A stretch of DNA of 64,000 nucleotides from Fimbriosthenelais zetlandica. Lineage: Eukaryota. The notes beneath the pieces were generated by a model. It searched no databases. It was not told where the DNA came from and worked only from the letters and a program-made list of their open reading frames with translations. The translations under genes were made by a program, and so were the position numbers. The stretch is taken from positions 8,122,001 through 8,186,000 of the forward strand of contig OZ365115.1 in assembly GCA_977030845.1 (NCBI GenBank), in the 5' to 3' direction. Each line of letters begins with the position of its first letter. Within the stretch, counting starts at the first letter, position 1. Shown in pieces: positions 1 through 11,191 of this stretch.

Positions 1-1055
1 GAGATGAAAAAGTTCGTGCCAACACTAAAGTGCAATTAATTCAAACATTTAGCGATCCCTTCCAAAGCTCGGTTAATTTCAAGGCCCACTTGATTAATTT
101 TACACCCCGCAAATAGGAAGGAAAAGTCAGGATATTTAGGAATTGATGAAAGCTATGAATAAATTAAAAGACAAGGCTTTTCCTCATGGGGTAGCGCCAC
201 CACTGCTGCAAGTGTAACTGCACTAGCAGGGGCTTGCTATGTGTGAGGGATGCCTATGATATTGTGCTCTATTTGCCAGATATATATTTGTGGTAGATGG
301 CAGTTGAGGACATAGAAGTCAGCTATATGGACAACAAAGTATTAAACTGATAGCAGATACTGTCTTGACATCTGATAGATTTAACTTCCATCATGCCCAC
401 GCAGTGTCAATTATTAATTCTTAGGAAGCATCTGATACGTCTACTATTGGAATCTGATTACCATTAGGAAAAATCTTATTAATTCCTTTGTATCCAATGA
501 ATATGGCAATGTAAATGAAAGACCATGCAGGCAAAATTCATATTCAAGGAGGAGCCCTGAGGAAGGTTAATCATGCAGCAAATAAGGCCTTCATGACCAG
601 AATTTAAATCACATTGATGTCCATGAAAAAGATACAATGAGTAAACACTGATTTAAGACCTGATCTGCGGAAGACAATGGAGGTTTGCTTGCCGGTAAGA
701 AGATTAAAGGAGACGCAATAATAAAGACTGTATGGACCTATTGAGGCGCAGTCCTGGATTTTCATTTAGTGATTGGCTTTATATTGTTGAATTGTATGCT
801 CATTTTAAACTTCATTCGACTTAATTTCTCTTCCATTTTGTCTCCTAAATGAGTCTCAAACTCAAACTGACAAGGAGAGACGGTCTTAGAATATTTAAAT
901 GTTGACTGAATATAATCAATCCTTTCTCCTATAGTGCATTGGAGTCACTTCTTTCAGCTCTATTGTAAATTTCTTAAGGTGATTTCATTCAAAGTTTACT
1001 AATAGTTTTTTTCACATTTCAATATCAATGATACATCTTGACTCAAAATACTTAC

Positions 1056-1172
1056 CCAGAAGAGGACGTTGAAGGCAAAGAAGACGAACTTGAGGCAGGT
1101 AAATCCAGACAGGTTCTTCTCACCTCCTCGGCCTCGGCCGAAGCCGCGACCGTAGCCCCTCCCGTATCCCAT
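1056..1172 (-). CDS. Tetraspanin, first coding exon (39 codons: cytoplasmic N-tail and TM1); gene continues left of the window
   Basis: Translates MGYGRGYGRGFGRGRGGEKNLSGFTCLKFVFFAFNVLFW. CLKFxFFxFNxLFW is the tetraspanin TM1 signature. It ends at a phase-0 donor TGG|GTAAGT (intron from 1055). An acceptor ttttgcag| lies at 1195, so the exon starts at 1194. An in-frame TAG in the 22-nt leader makes ATG 1172 the start. Confidence 0.9.
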
Positions 1173-1626
1173 CCTGGCTCGCAACTAATCCAACCTGCAA
1201 AACATTGATAAACATACATTAACACATTTAAACATCAGATTTCAAACAAAAATCAAAATCAAATATCTAGATTATTGAACAAGTACAAAAACACCTGTCA
1301 ACACTGCTTTTCTTGAATCAAATGGCAGCAATATGGTTCGTTTGGGTACCTTCAATATTTATGGAGAAAGGACGTGGTCAATTTTCGTTGTGCATGATGG
1401 GCATGGCGACCTTTTTAGCCTTGACTCTATAGGCAGGAAAGAGCGATGCATGTATTTAAATATGAAGCATATATGCGGGAACCATGGCAGGTATATTAAA
1501 CATTATGGAAGGACATTGCTTGGCTGTCGCCATTTTGATAACCGGAAGGAAGTGACAGCCCAATTTACCAGCGCCAGAACGAGGCTGTCAGAAGCTCAGT
1601 CACGTGTAAGATTACAAAATATGTCC

Positions 1627-1672
1627 CCGCTAGATGGAGCCCCTGCTTCCCCAACCGGTCACTAGGTGGCTA
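1627..1672 (+). promoter_or_regulatory. Two adjacent CTCF-like motifs
   Basis: CCGCTAGATGGAGC (1627-1640) and TCACTAGGTGGCTA (1659-1672) resemble the CCASYAGRKGGCRS core. Motif match only. Confidence 0.3.
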
Positions 1673-3824
1673 AAGGCGCACACAGCAATGACATAGGAAA
1701 AAACAGTGAATTTCCCGGGTGAATTGGAAACTAAATTTCAATATGGACATACCGTTTTATCCCCTTGGAGTCCTGCTCCAATGAATTGTCTGAGACAGTA
1801 TACATCCACCCAACAAATGAACATGACCATAACTAAATCATGGACTGTCACATGATGTAAGTCATGCATAATGAAAATCTCATAACCACGCGATAATTGA
1901 GTATGCGAGGTAATATACATGATTCAATGATGAATTTGTTTATAACTCGACTTGCTACTGGTCTGATAATGGCTTGAGAAAATAGCATACAAATGATCCC
2001 ATATTCATGATTAAATTGATAAGAAATAAAATTAAATGTGGTTCAAGACGTGGTATGTATCTCGCATGTACATAACATATTTATATGGAAAACAGGCTTG
2101 TGAGTGGAATTGGGCGAGGGAAATTCAAGGACTTTCCTGATTGGAAGGAAATTGAATGAGTAGTAAGGTTGGGGTTGGGTGTCCAGCCTTGGCTGGCCAT
2201 TTATGACTGGCCTGCTTCATCTTGATTAATAAGCCTGCAGTCTCCTCCCCTGACCTGCCTTATGTCCCCCACACATCTTAATCACATCATCTCCACCTGA
2301 CCTACTGACCTACATCACCACTCTAAATGAGGTCAGCAGCAGGGATATGCTCGGCCGAGTTACTCAGACAATAGCTCACTGATTGTGACATCAATGGGCT
2401 ACAGATTGTCCGTGGGGAGAGGCGTTGGGAGGGAAAAGGCGAGGTCTGGTGTGGGACAATAGCGGAACAATGAGCAAGTCGATAAGGGCAGATCATGCAA
2501 AACTATATACCGTATAAACTTACATGTTCGCTCTCGCCAAGGTCTCGTAATGTTCGAGATCACATGTGAGACTTATTGTCAAAAAGATAAAACACTAAAA
2601 TCCATGGTTATAAAAGGTCTCGTGATGGATAGCCTATAAAATCCTCCAACACTGTATTCAATGTAATGTACGATTCAACCGATGAACAGGTCTAGGTTAA
2701 ATTAAGCCGGCCCATACTGATCGAAATTGGCATGGCGTAAATGCCTATGGCGTATTCTTAATTCTAAAGAATAAATCTTTCTGTCTGTTTATGCTGCTAA
2801 AATTTGGGATCTATCAACACCTACTGTCTCTTAAAATCATTGTCGAAATCTGCCAACATCGCAAATGGTAAATATTACTTGTTTTAATATTATTCTGAGG
2901 AAAGATTTATATGAAAAAGAATCATATCCACATTTGGAAGTAATGTTACTCGTTCAGCAAGTTTGAAGAGTGAATTAGTAGGAAGCGGTGATGTAGAGCT
3001 GTAATCTCCCCACTACAGTGGTATGAGAGTGTGAAATGAATGCTCCCCTGCACACTGGGTCCCTCCCAGATACAAACCGCTCCCTGACATTCCTGATGGC
3101 TATGCCAGAGCATGTATGGCAGCCATATTACTTCATATATGACTCTTTTATTTTCAGCGAATTTTATTTCTGCACAATGTTTCATTTCATATGTTAGCAG
3201 TCATAGTCCCGACATCAGGATGCAATTAGTCAGGGAATGCATAGAGGGAATACCTTTGATTCAAATTCATTCAAATTTAGCCTCAAAATTGAGAGAACTG
3301 TGGATTTTAATATGTTGGCTTGGATACATGGTAATAGAGTGAGTTTCTATCGGGGGATGGGACGTGTGATATCACTATGTGAACAGAGAGGCGGTTTGGA
3401 TCATGTTGTGACTGGGAATTCATGGGGGAACCATCCATATAGATTCCACTGATGGGCCAGGATGTGTCTTTTAATACCTACAGCTTAATATTAATACTTG
3501 GCAACAATGCAATGTAAATATGACACCTACTGATAGTGCATTTCAAGTATCTGAGTAACTGACATTAAGTCTGGGAGCATTGCATTCATTTTTCCAGATT
3601 TTCATTCCATTTATTTGTTACATTAGCCTGTAAAATGTGCATTCTTACCCCCATAATGCTAACTTAAGATGACATTAAAATATATCTCATCTATAGTACT
3701 TGAATTTTATGATGGGTAAAATATTGCAGTGAATGGGCAGCATTGTTCACTTAACAGTAAAAGAAACCTAAGAAATCATTTGTCTTTGATTTTCAAAAAC
3801 ATTTTTTGTCCAATAAGAACTATC

Positions 3825-3859
3825 TTAAGATGCCCAGCGCTCGGTGGCGGGCATCTTAA
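3825..3859. mobile_element. Miniature TTAA-flanked inverted-repeat remnant (Kolobok-like ends)
   Basis: TTAA-GATGCCC-13 nt-GGGCATC-TTAA; a perfect 12-bp inverted repeat when the flanking C/G is included (3824-3860). Confidence 0.4.
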
Positions 3860-4409
3860 GGTAAGAAAGTAGCGGGGAACACGCAAGAGTAGCATTATAG
3901 TGTGGTGATATGACATGGGTGAGGAGAGGAATTAGACTATGGTGTGACATAAGTACTTATTAACCACTCCAACGTGTGGCAGCCTTCTACTCATTGTTAC
4001 GTACCCGTGCACTGTGGGCAGCTATAGACTACTCTCGAGGCTGTAAAATACTCCACCCATTTGTGACTGAAAGGAATCCCTGACAGAAGGCTGAGGACTA
4101 TATGGAAAAGGAGGAATGATGTTTGGTTGGTTGCATGAAGTCATACCTTCTATAAACACTGCTTTAGTCACTACCTTCATTTCTTTCTTTCATTTCTTTC
4201 TCTCTTTCGTTCCTTTCATGTCCTTTCCCGTTTTACCCTTACTTACATGTATCCTTTCTTTCCTCCTTCCTTTCTTTAATTATAGATGAATGTATTACAT
4301 CTATTAAATTCGTCATCCATGGGTTAATAGCAGAATGAATATATTTAAAGCATAAGTTTATCCATCCTACCATTCACTCATCCGTCCAATATTCATTGTC
4401 CATAAACCT

Positions 4410-4454
4410 ATTCATTCATTCATTCATTCATTCATTCATTCATTCATTCATTCA
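4410..4454 (+). repeat. (ATTC)n microsatellite
   Basis: About 11 perfect ATTC units. Confidence 0.95.
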
Positions 4455-4654
4455 CTCATCTCTCCATTACTGTTAAGTTACGGTGGACATCCCTAATACA
4501 GAATGAGATACTTTATCATGATTACCTGCATGATCTCCTGAGATGTCTCTCGCCCCCCTCTAGCCATTTCCACCACTGCTGTCCTCCAAAGAAACATGAT
4601 CCTGATTAAGCTTTATAACCCTCATTAATTTAGAGCAAAATATTTCCATTATTA

Positions 4655-4810
4655 CATCTTGTCTCTCCCTATCTCTCATCTCTCTTCCCTTCTCCATTCC
4701 ATTCTCACTCTGCATGCTCTCCCTCCCCCCTTCTCTATGTCTCTCTCTCCTGCTGCTTTCTGCTCTCTGTCTCTCTCTCTTTCCCCTTCTCTCTGTCTCT
4801 CTCTCTGACT
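4655..4810 (+). repeat. CT-rich low-complexity tract
   Basis: Degenerate (CT)n/(CTCTGT)n; explains the E/R-rich ORF 4560-4820 on the minus strand. Confidence 0.85.
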
Positions 4811-6304
4811 CATCCACCAAGTTCCACCAGTATAAGTGATCATCTAGCCTTGTCTGAACTTTAAAGTCACTCTGCTGGAGGATGTAGTTTACCGTTAATA
4901 AGATAATTACTCGGGTCTTAATGAGAGGTAATTACTGGCGGGATGGAGCGGTGGGAGCCGGCCGCTCCAAACCCACACCAAAGGTCAAAGCCAACGCTAA
5001 AGGACAATTGCCAGTCCAAGCCAAGCAACCAGGGGTAATTTTCAGCATTAAAATCTCTCTCCCCTTTGATTTTATTGATTTTTTCTCCCTTTTTCTCTAT
5101 TTCAAGGGTACTGCTCCTGTATAAAAGATCAGACATATTTGACAGATGCTTTCTCCCCAACACTAGCATGAAGGATGGTTTCATTTTCTAGAGGGGAGAG
5201 GAGAGCTATTTGATGCGGTAAACTTCATGTAATATTCATATTTAATATGCAGTGTAGTATGGATTGAAGAGTAAAAAAATGTCATTTAAGTAGATTAAAA
5301 CATTATGAATAACGTTCAGCTAGCCTGAATATGACCAAGGCTGAATAGCTCCTCTCGGAATTGATAGTTAACATGCAAACTGAGGCACACAATCTATAAT
5401 ATTGCTACAAATATGGAAATTACAATGGCAACTTAAAATGTTCAAAGCCCCAACAATAGCATTTTGTCTGTGATTATGAATACGTCAAAGATGCCCATTC
5501 ATGCATATTCATATAATATTATGAGATATGAGACCTGAAAGATTACACAGTCCAGAGACAAAGAAAGAAATACTGGCAAAATCAAACAATATCAACATAA
5601 TTATTAAAAGTATATTGCCCTACATATTATAGGGATTCAGGAGAATTGCAAGGAATATTATAGGAGTGTGTTTTATAGAGTTATGTGGCCCCATTCATAC
5701 TGAATAAAATACTAAAACGTGGTATTCAAGTGTATCTCTTGGATTGTAACAGCATGTCTGTTAAAAACTAAATACCTGTCATATGGCACACACTCACGTT
5801 CCCCCCACTACTATAGGACATTTCACTTCCATTCTTGACATTTAAACATGACATTGGAAACCTAGTTAGCTGCGGCTAAGTTATACACCTCATTTCAATC
5901 TTATTTAAATACAGTTAAACTCGGGACCATCGTCAGTGAGGGATATATGTTCCATTTATAAGAGGTCTTTTTTTATCAAAGGTACCCACCCCTCATCTGC
6001 TAAGTGCAACCATACGATACGGCCTAATGTAAAACCCTTTCCATAGTAATTAAGGACGGAGACAGCCGACTAGTTTAGATCAATAACTTCTGTTGAACTG
6101 GGGAGAAAAAAAGAAATAGCTCCCCGTCAGTGTGGCTTTCTTTTTTGAAATGTTTCTTAAGTGGGTCGGGCTGTGCACAGATAATCATATCAATGTGGGC
6201 ACACTGTCCTCTATGTAATAAGATCACAGTGTGTGTGCAGGGACCGGAGTTGAATATAGGCAAGAAATAGACCAGATGCTAACCGGATAACTCCACTTGG
6301 GATA

Positions 6305-6526
6305 CTTGCAAATTTTCATTGCAACTTTCCTGCAGCACTTGCTGCTATGATATGCCATGCAACTCCATTGGGACATATCACCAAGTGCAAGAAGTCTCGA
6401 TGGGGCAGCTCCATGGGGGTTCTTTCGCCTTGCGAGTGGCTTTTATTGTGGCTAGCCCTTGCAACTGACTTTTCTGTGGCGTCAACTGCCACACCCACTC
6501 AAGAAAGTTGCAGTAAAATTTGCAAG
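6305..6526. mobile_element. MITE-like fold-back element
   Basis: 6305-6332 CTTGCAAATTTTCATTGCAACTTTCCTG is a near-perfect inverted repeat of 6500-6526 (reverse complement CTTGCAAATTTTACTGCAACTTTCTTG). TGCAAC motifs recur internally. No target-site duplication found. Confidence 0.55.
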
Positions 6527-8011
6527 ATCCGCTGGGCAAAAATCCTTACTGGAGCTACCCCATCAAAGTTCGCCTACAGTGAATATTAAGTGGACACGTA
6601 GTCTCTGGGAATAAATTAGAAACGAAACAATTCCAAACAAAGTAAATTTATCCAGAAATGGACTTCATTCCATCATTTGATACAGCATTCCAGATTTATC
6701 ATTGCGCCCAACGCGGTACGAATGCACAACCAGAGAAGCAAATGTCAGCAGAGGAGTAACATTTCAAACCTCAGACCCTCTCAGCTGTTCTGGTCGCCCG
6801 GCCCTGATTTAGCACCACCGAGGTCTGAATTGATTAAAGTGAATTAAAAATTCAGATTAATTAGATAAATTAGGAAGGAGAAGTTAAAAAAGGTGAAGTT
6901 GAATGTCAGGATTGACGCGCTTGAGATGCACCAGCTACTCATCGCTGTCTGTCTCCGCGCCAGAGAGGTGTGAGGCATATAGAAAAAGAAAGGTTATTAA
7001 ATGGAAGTCACTTACAGCATAAGGTTAATTTAAAGCCTGTGTACTGGTAATGAATTTACAATTCCATGAAGCCTTCGTGTGTGCTATGCTTCGGATAAAC
7101 ACACATTTTTGAACATGATTTTCTTTCTTTTTATGGAGTAGTACGCCTAATTATATTCAAAGGTATAGATTTAAATGCAAGTGATGGGTTTCAAATAAAT
7201 GAGTTCCAATAAATGAAATAAAATTGCTTGAAAACAATATTTTCAGCACTGTTTTGTGGACACTCATGTTTCCAAATTCAATGGACAATAGGATCCAAAC
7301 ACAAAAGTTTAGAATTTCAGTAGCATTCATTGAATTTCAAAGTGGCTTAAAATTTAAATCAGGCATGCAATTACTTGGAAACTCCCTGGAAAATTTACTT
7401 TCATTTTATCAGTCTATCTAATACAGATAGTACCATTATTAAATCTATTGATATTATTATAGGAAATCCATCTTATCAACTAGATATAATTGCTATAATT
7501 ATGATCCTATCCGTTGCAATATTAAATAATTTTCTTACTTTTAGTTCATATTGAATACTCCTCTCTCAACTACCAATCAAGAGGACAGAATGGAAATTGA
7601 TGGAAGAAAAAATGGGTGAGAAGCATTTATGGCATTGTGGATGGAGTGTGGAGTGTAGAGTGGCATGGGAGGGGAGAGGGCCGCCTTCACACACAAGGCT
7701 ATCTTCACGCTTCATTGATTACAAGGCTTCTCCCATATCCCTTAACAGCGCCCTGATACATTAACACGACCAAAAATACCAGCCTCCCACCGCATAGAGC
7801 CAGCTCCAGGTCTCCCTGCTGGTGGGTGGATGTTTACACCATGTAGATAATAATATACCTTCATGTCAGATACAATAGCAATGTTTGATTGAGCAGGGCG
7901 AAAAAAAGTTTCTCTCCCTGCTTACAATGCTATTTTATTTCTAGAGGAGTTTCTCCCTGATTTTCTTGGTTGAATGAGAGATAATAGACAAGCTTGCTGC
8001 GAGTGACATGT

Positions 8012-8170
8012 AGGGAGAGAGAGAGGGGGGGGAGAGAGATGGAGAGAAGAGATGGAGGTAGACTGTACGGTCTGCGGGAGGGGAGAAATGGAGAGGACAG
8101 ATGCAAGGATGGAGAGAGAGAAATGAAACTTAGACAGGAACAGAGACAGAGACAGATTAAATAGAAAGTG
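8012..8170 (+). repeat. GA-rich low-complexity tract
   Basis: Degenerate (GA)n/GGAGA repeats. Confidence 0.8.
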
Positions 8171-8963
8171 GCACTCTAACAGTAAAAGTTTCGAAACAGT
8201 TTATAGAAAGCCAACTTTGGTGCGAAAAATCTCTCAAACTTAGAGAGCAAGAATGTGAAGCTGTATATAGAACTAAATCTGTCTGACAATTCCTTGTACA
8301 AAACCCCTGCCTCAGAAGATGCTTTAGAAAATGTCAGACGCTAGATCTCCTGTGATCTGGTAAAACCTAGTTCAGGCATAATCAAAAGACTGAGTATGCA
8401 GTACTAGGTTTTTCCAGAACACAGGAGAGATGTATAAGACCTATAGAGAAACTATGAACAAACGACCGGGTCCTTCATTCTAAATCTCTGACTGACTTTG
8501 AAGTTTTCATTAAATTGAAAAGCGTGCATAGGCCTACATAAGTGACGAAGGTGCGGAAATAAAAGACGTTGGAGGACAGCCAAGGTGGAAGGAGGCGTTT
8601 ACTCCATACAATAGGCAGTGATGTAAATGGCGATCCATGACAGATCCCCAAGGTTCGTGAGTCTATTCCAGACCCTATACAAAACACCAGCAGTGGACTA
8701 GCAGCGCTCTAGGAGCTACAATCATATCAAAAATCAAGCTTCATCACCACCTGACTGGTGAAATTCAAAACAAGAATGATGTATTATCGCCCAGTGCTCA
8801 GTCACTAATTCACCATCCATCATCCTGAGCGCTCACACTCTCCACCCCATCACGACTAACATGGCGCAAAAAAACATACCCACAATCTTCATATAAGATC
8901 TGGAACTTCAAGTCTTCACGATTGTACTGAGTGTTAACTGACGGTGAGGTTGTGTGTTCACAG

Positions 8964-9960
8964 CCTGGTTACCATCCATCATGGACCAACACGGGACCAT
9001 CATCTCACACACTTTTTTCAAGTTGCTGCTCACAGTTGTGTATAGAGATAGAGAAGGGTATGTAGTATACAATTAAATACCATGAAATTGGTTTGATGGT
9101 ATGTATATACAGAAGACTTTCAGCTAGATTCAGGCCTGATTTTAATAAATGTCATGACCTTTTCGCTTTAGTTGAACAGCAATCATATGAACTGAGCGTT
9201 TGTGTCTTATAAATAGAATCAAGTCAGCGAACTGTACGTCATTCTTGGCTTTTTCATTTTAGGTGAACAACATGCTTGTAAATCAAACGACCGTTCCAGA
9301 TCATGCCTGTAGATTGCAGGTATTTTTCATTGTCAGCTTTTTAGAGTGTAGACAAATAATTTTCTGGTTGCGGTACGAATTTTCTAATCTTGCCAATTGT
9401 TTCACGCCTGGTTTGTTTCCTTTTAGGTGAAAAGGCAATGAAGTGTACTATTTATTTAACAACCATGGCAAAGGTTCCTTTCAACAATAATTCATTCCAG
9501 GTATGCATGACTTATTTGCATTCATGAAGGCAAGCATGGCCTCCAATTCAACCTTGCATAATATATTGAACCCATGACCTTTTATTTATAGATGGGGCCA
9601 CAAACTATGATTGATATTGAACTCCTACCAACTCACGTTTGCACCAATATGGCATATCTGCAATGCAGATTCCAAATCCAGGTACCCATTTAATTTGAGC
9701 TATCGTCCAATTTCACGCGTCTTGTTAGAAGCAAAAGATAACAGCAATACTCTCAAATTTCTATACTGCAATTCAATGCCATCAATGTTCCATGTCCCAT
9801 GTCCGATCCCTTGTACTTCATTGCATGGGAAAGATTATATGTTTCGAAGGAAAGCAGCATCAAGATCGATTTACTCAGCAACCATTCTGAGCTATAAAGC
9901 ATTGTAATGAAAGATCTACATATCAACGACTTGACAATACATGAACAATGAACAACAAGA
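8964..9960 (+). pseudogene. Possible decayed multi-exon gene relic or spliced non-coding unit
   Basis: Exon-like blocks 8964-9057, 9263-9319, 9427-9500 and 9592 onward, with pyrimidine-rich AG acceptors, GT donors and short introns (107 and 91 nt between the last three). One frame is phase-compatible across them but contains several stops. No family recognised. Confidence 0.3.
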
Positions 9961-11175
9961 AGCAGCGCTGCAAAAAACAGACAATAACTCCTGTTTTAAT
10001 ACTGAGATCAGTCTAGCGTTTTTGTGAACACTAAACAGCGATGCCGCTTCAATGATGGGACAATTATATTGCACTTTTTCAGGATCTTTACAATATTTTC
10101 TCATTCATGAGAAGAAGCTTTCTTGTGGAGGCATTGAGAAGACTGTTCTTTTCCCTTAGCTGTCGGATCTTTTCTGACATGCAACATTTACAGGCATAAG
10201 ATTACATATATGGCTTCCCAGCAAGTCTGTCAGAAGTAGTATGAGGAAAGTCTTGATATATGCAGGCGTCCTATCGTAGTAGTCTATGAAAAGGAGGGAT
10301 ATCTTCAGGCTTCACTTAGAGGGACAGGTAGGACAGAGGGAAGACCAATAAGATACACTTCACATGAAAGGAGCACTGTGAGTTACGCACAGACTTAGCT
10401 TAAAGGCTAGTTATCCGAGTAATTCTGAAGATGGTTTCACTTTCTACGCTCACACCAACCAGTTTTACCGGTTGCGGAACCAACAGATGGATTTTTCCCC
10501 CTATAAACCAGCCTGATAACCTGATCTTCATCTACGGCGAATTGCCATATTTCTAATTGTTACTTGCAAAATTGCATGTGACAGTTTTAATGGGATGTTT
10601 CCAAACTAACAGATGGAACATAAATTTGAAAAAAAAACACATCAAAACTGTAGTAAGACTGAGTCTGCTGAGCCGGAGGAAACGGAGGCACAGCTCGATG
10701 GTTGTAGCAGACAAGCTAGAGCCAGATGGAAGCCTGGAGTAGAACTACAATTAAATCATCCTAAAACATAGGCTTAATGCGGCGATAAATCTCAAAGCTC
10801 GGTTATTTAAACTCCTAATCTTTTAAATAATTCAGAGGCCTTTAGGATCGGATTAACAGATTAAATCACTAGACGGAGCGAGTAGAAATCTAACAGAGAC
10901 ATTCATTTATCTTTGTAAATAGCCCATTGTGGCAAGCAAGCTTAAAAGAGAATACTTATTGAAGTCACATCAAACTTTTTGTGGTTTAAATCGACATTAT
11001 ATGACAACTTGATAAGCAAAGCAACCAGAGGCATGTCTTCCTGAACAAATGGACCAATTTAATAAATGACGAGGAGGGAATTCTAACTCTAATCGTGGAA
11101 GGAGAATGAAGTCTGTGGAGATTTGTTGGCCCCTGAGACCTGCCTGTGGTTTGAGGAGATATGAGACGGAGGGGC

Positions 11176-11191
11176 AGGTCAAACAAGGTCA
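11176..11191 (+). promoter_or_regulatory. Perfect DR4 nuclear-receptor element
   Basis: AGGTCA-aaca-AGGTCA, with further half-sites nearby (AGGTTCA ~11210, AGGTCAAGGTG ~11323). Confidence 0.4.

Noticed and set aside
999-1184. Track ORF of 61 aa as a complete protein
   Set aside because: It uses a non-ATG start and reads through the GTAAGT donor into the intron; only 1172-1056 is coding.
1333-1665. 110-aa plus-strand ORF
   Set aside because: No recognisable motif or splice support; it overlaps motif-rich regulatory-like sequence.
4560-4820. E/R-rich and hydrophobic ORFs over GA/CT tracts (also 25631-25840, 30918-31158, 43122-43576)
   Set aside because: By-products of stop-poor low-complexity sequence.
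63-10805. Shared 13-mers such as CAAAGCTCGGTTA (63-75, 10793-10805) and TTTAGCGATCCCT (~50, ~46741)
   Set aside because: Tens of chance 13-mer matches are expected among all position pairs in 64 kb, and neither extends convincingly.
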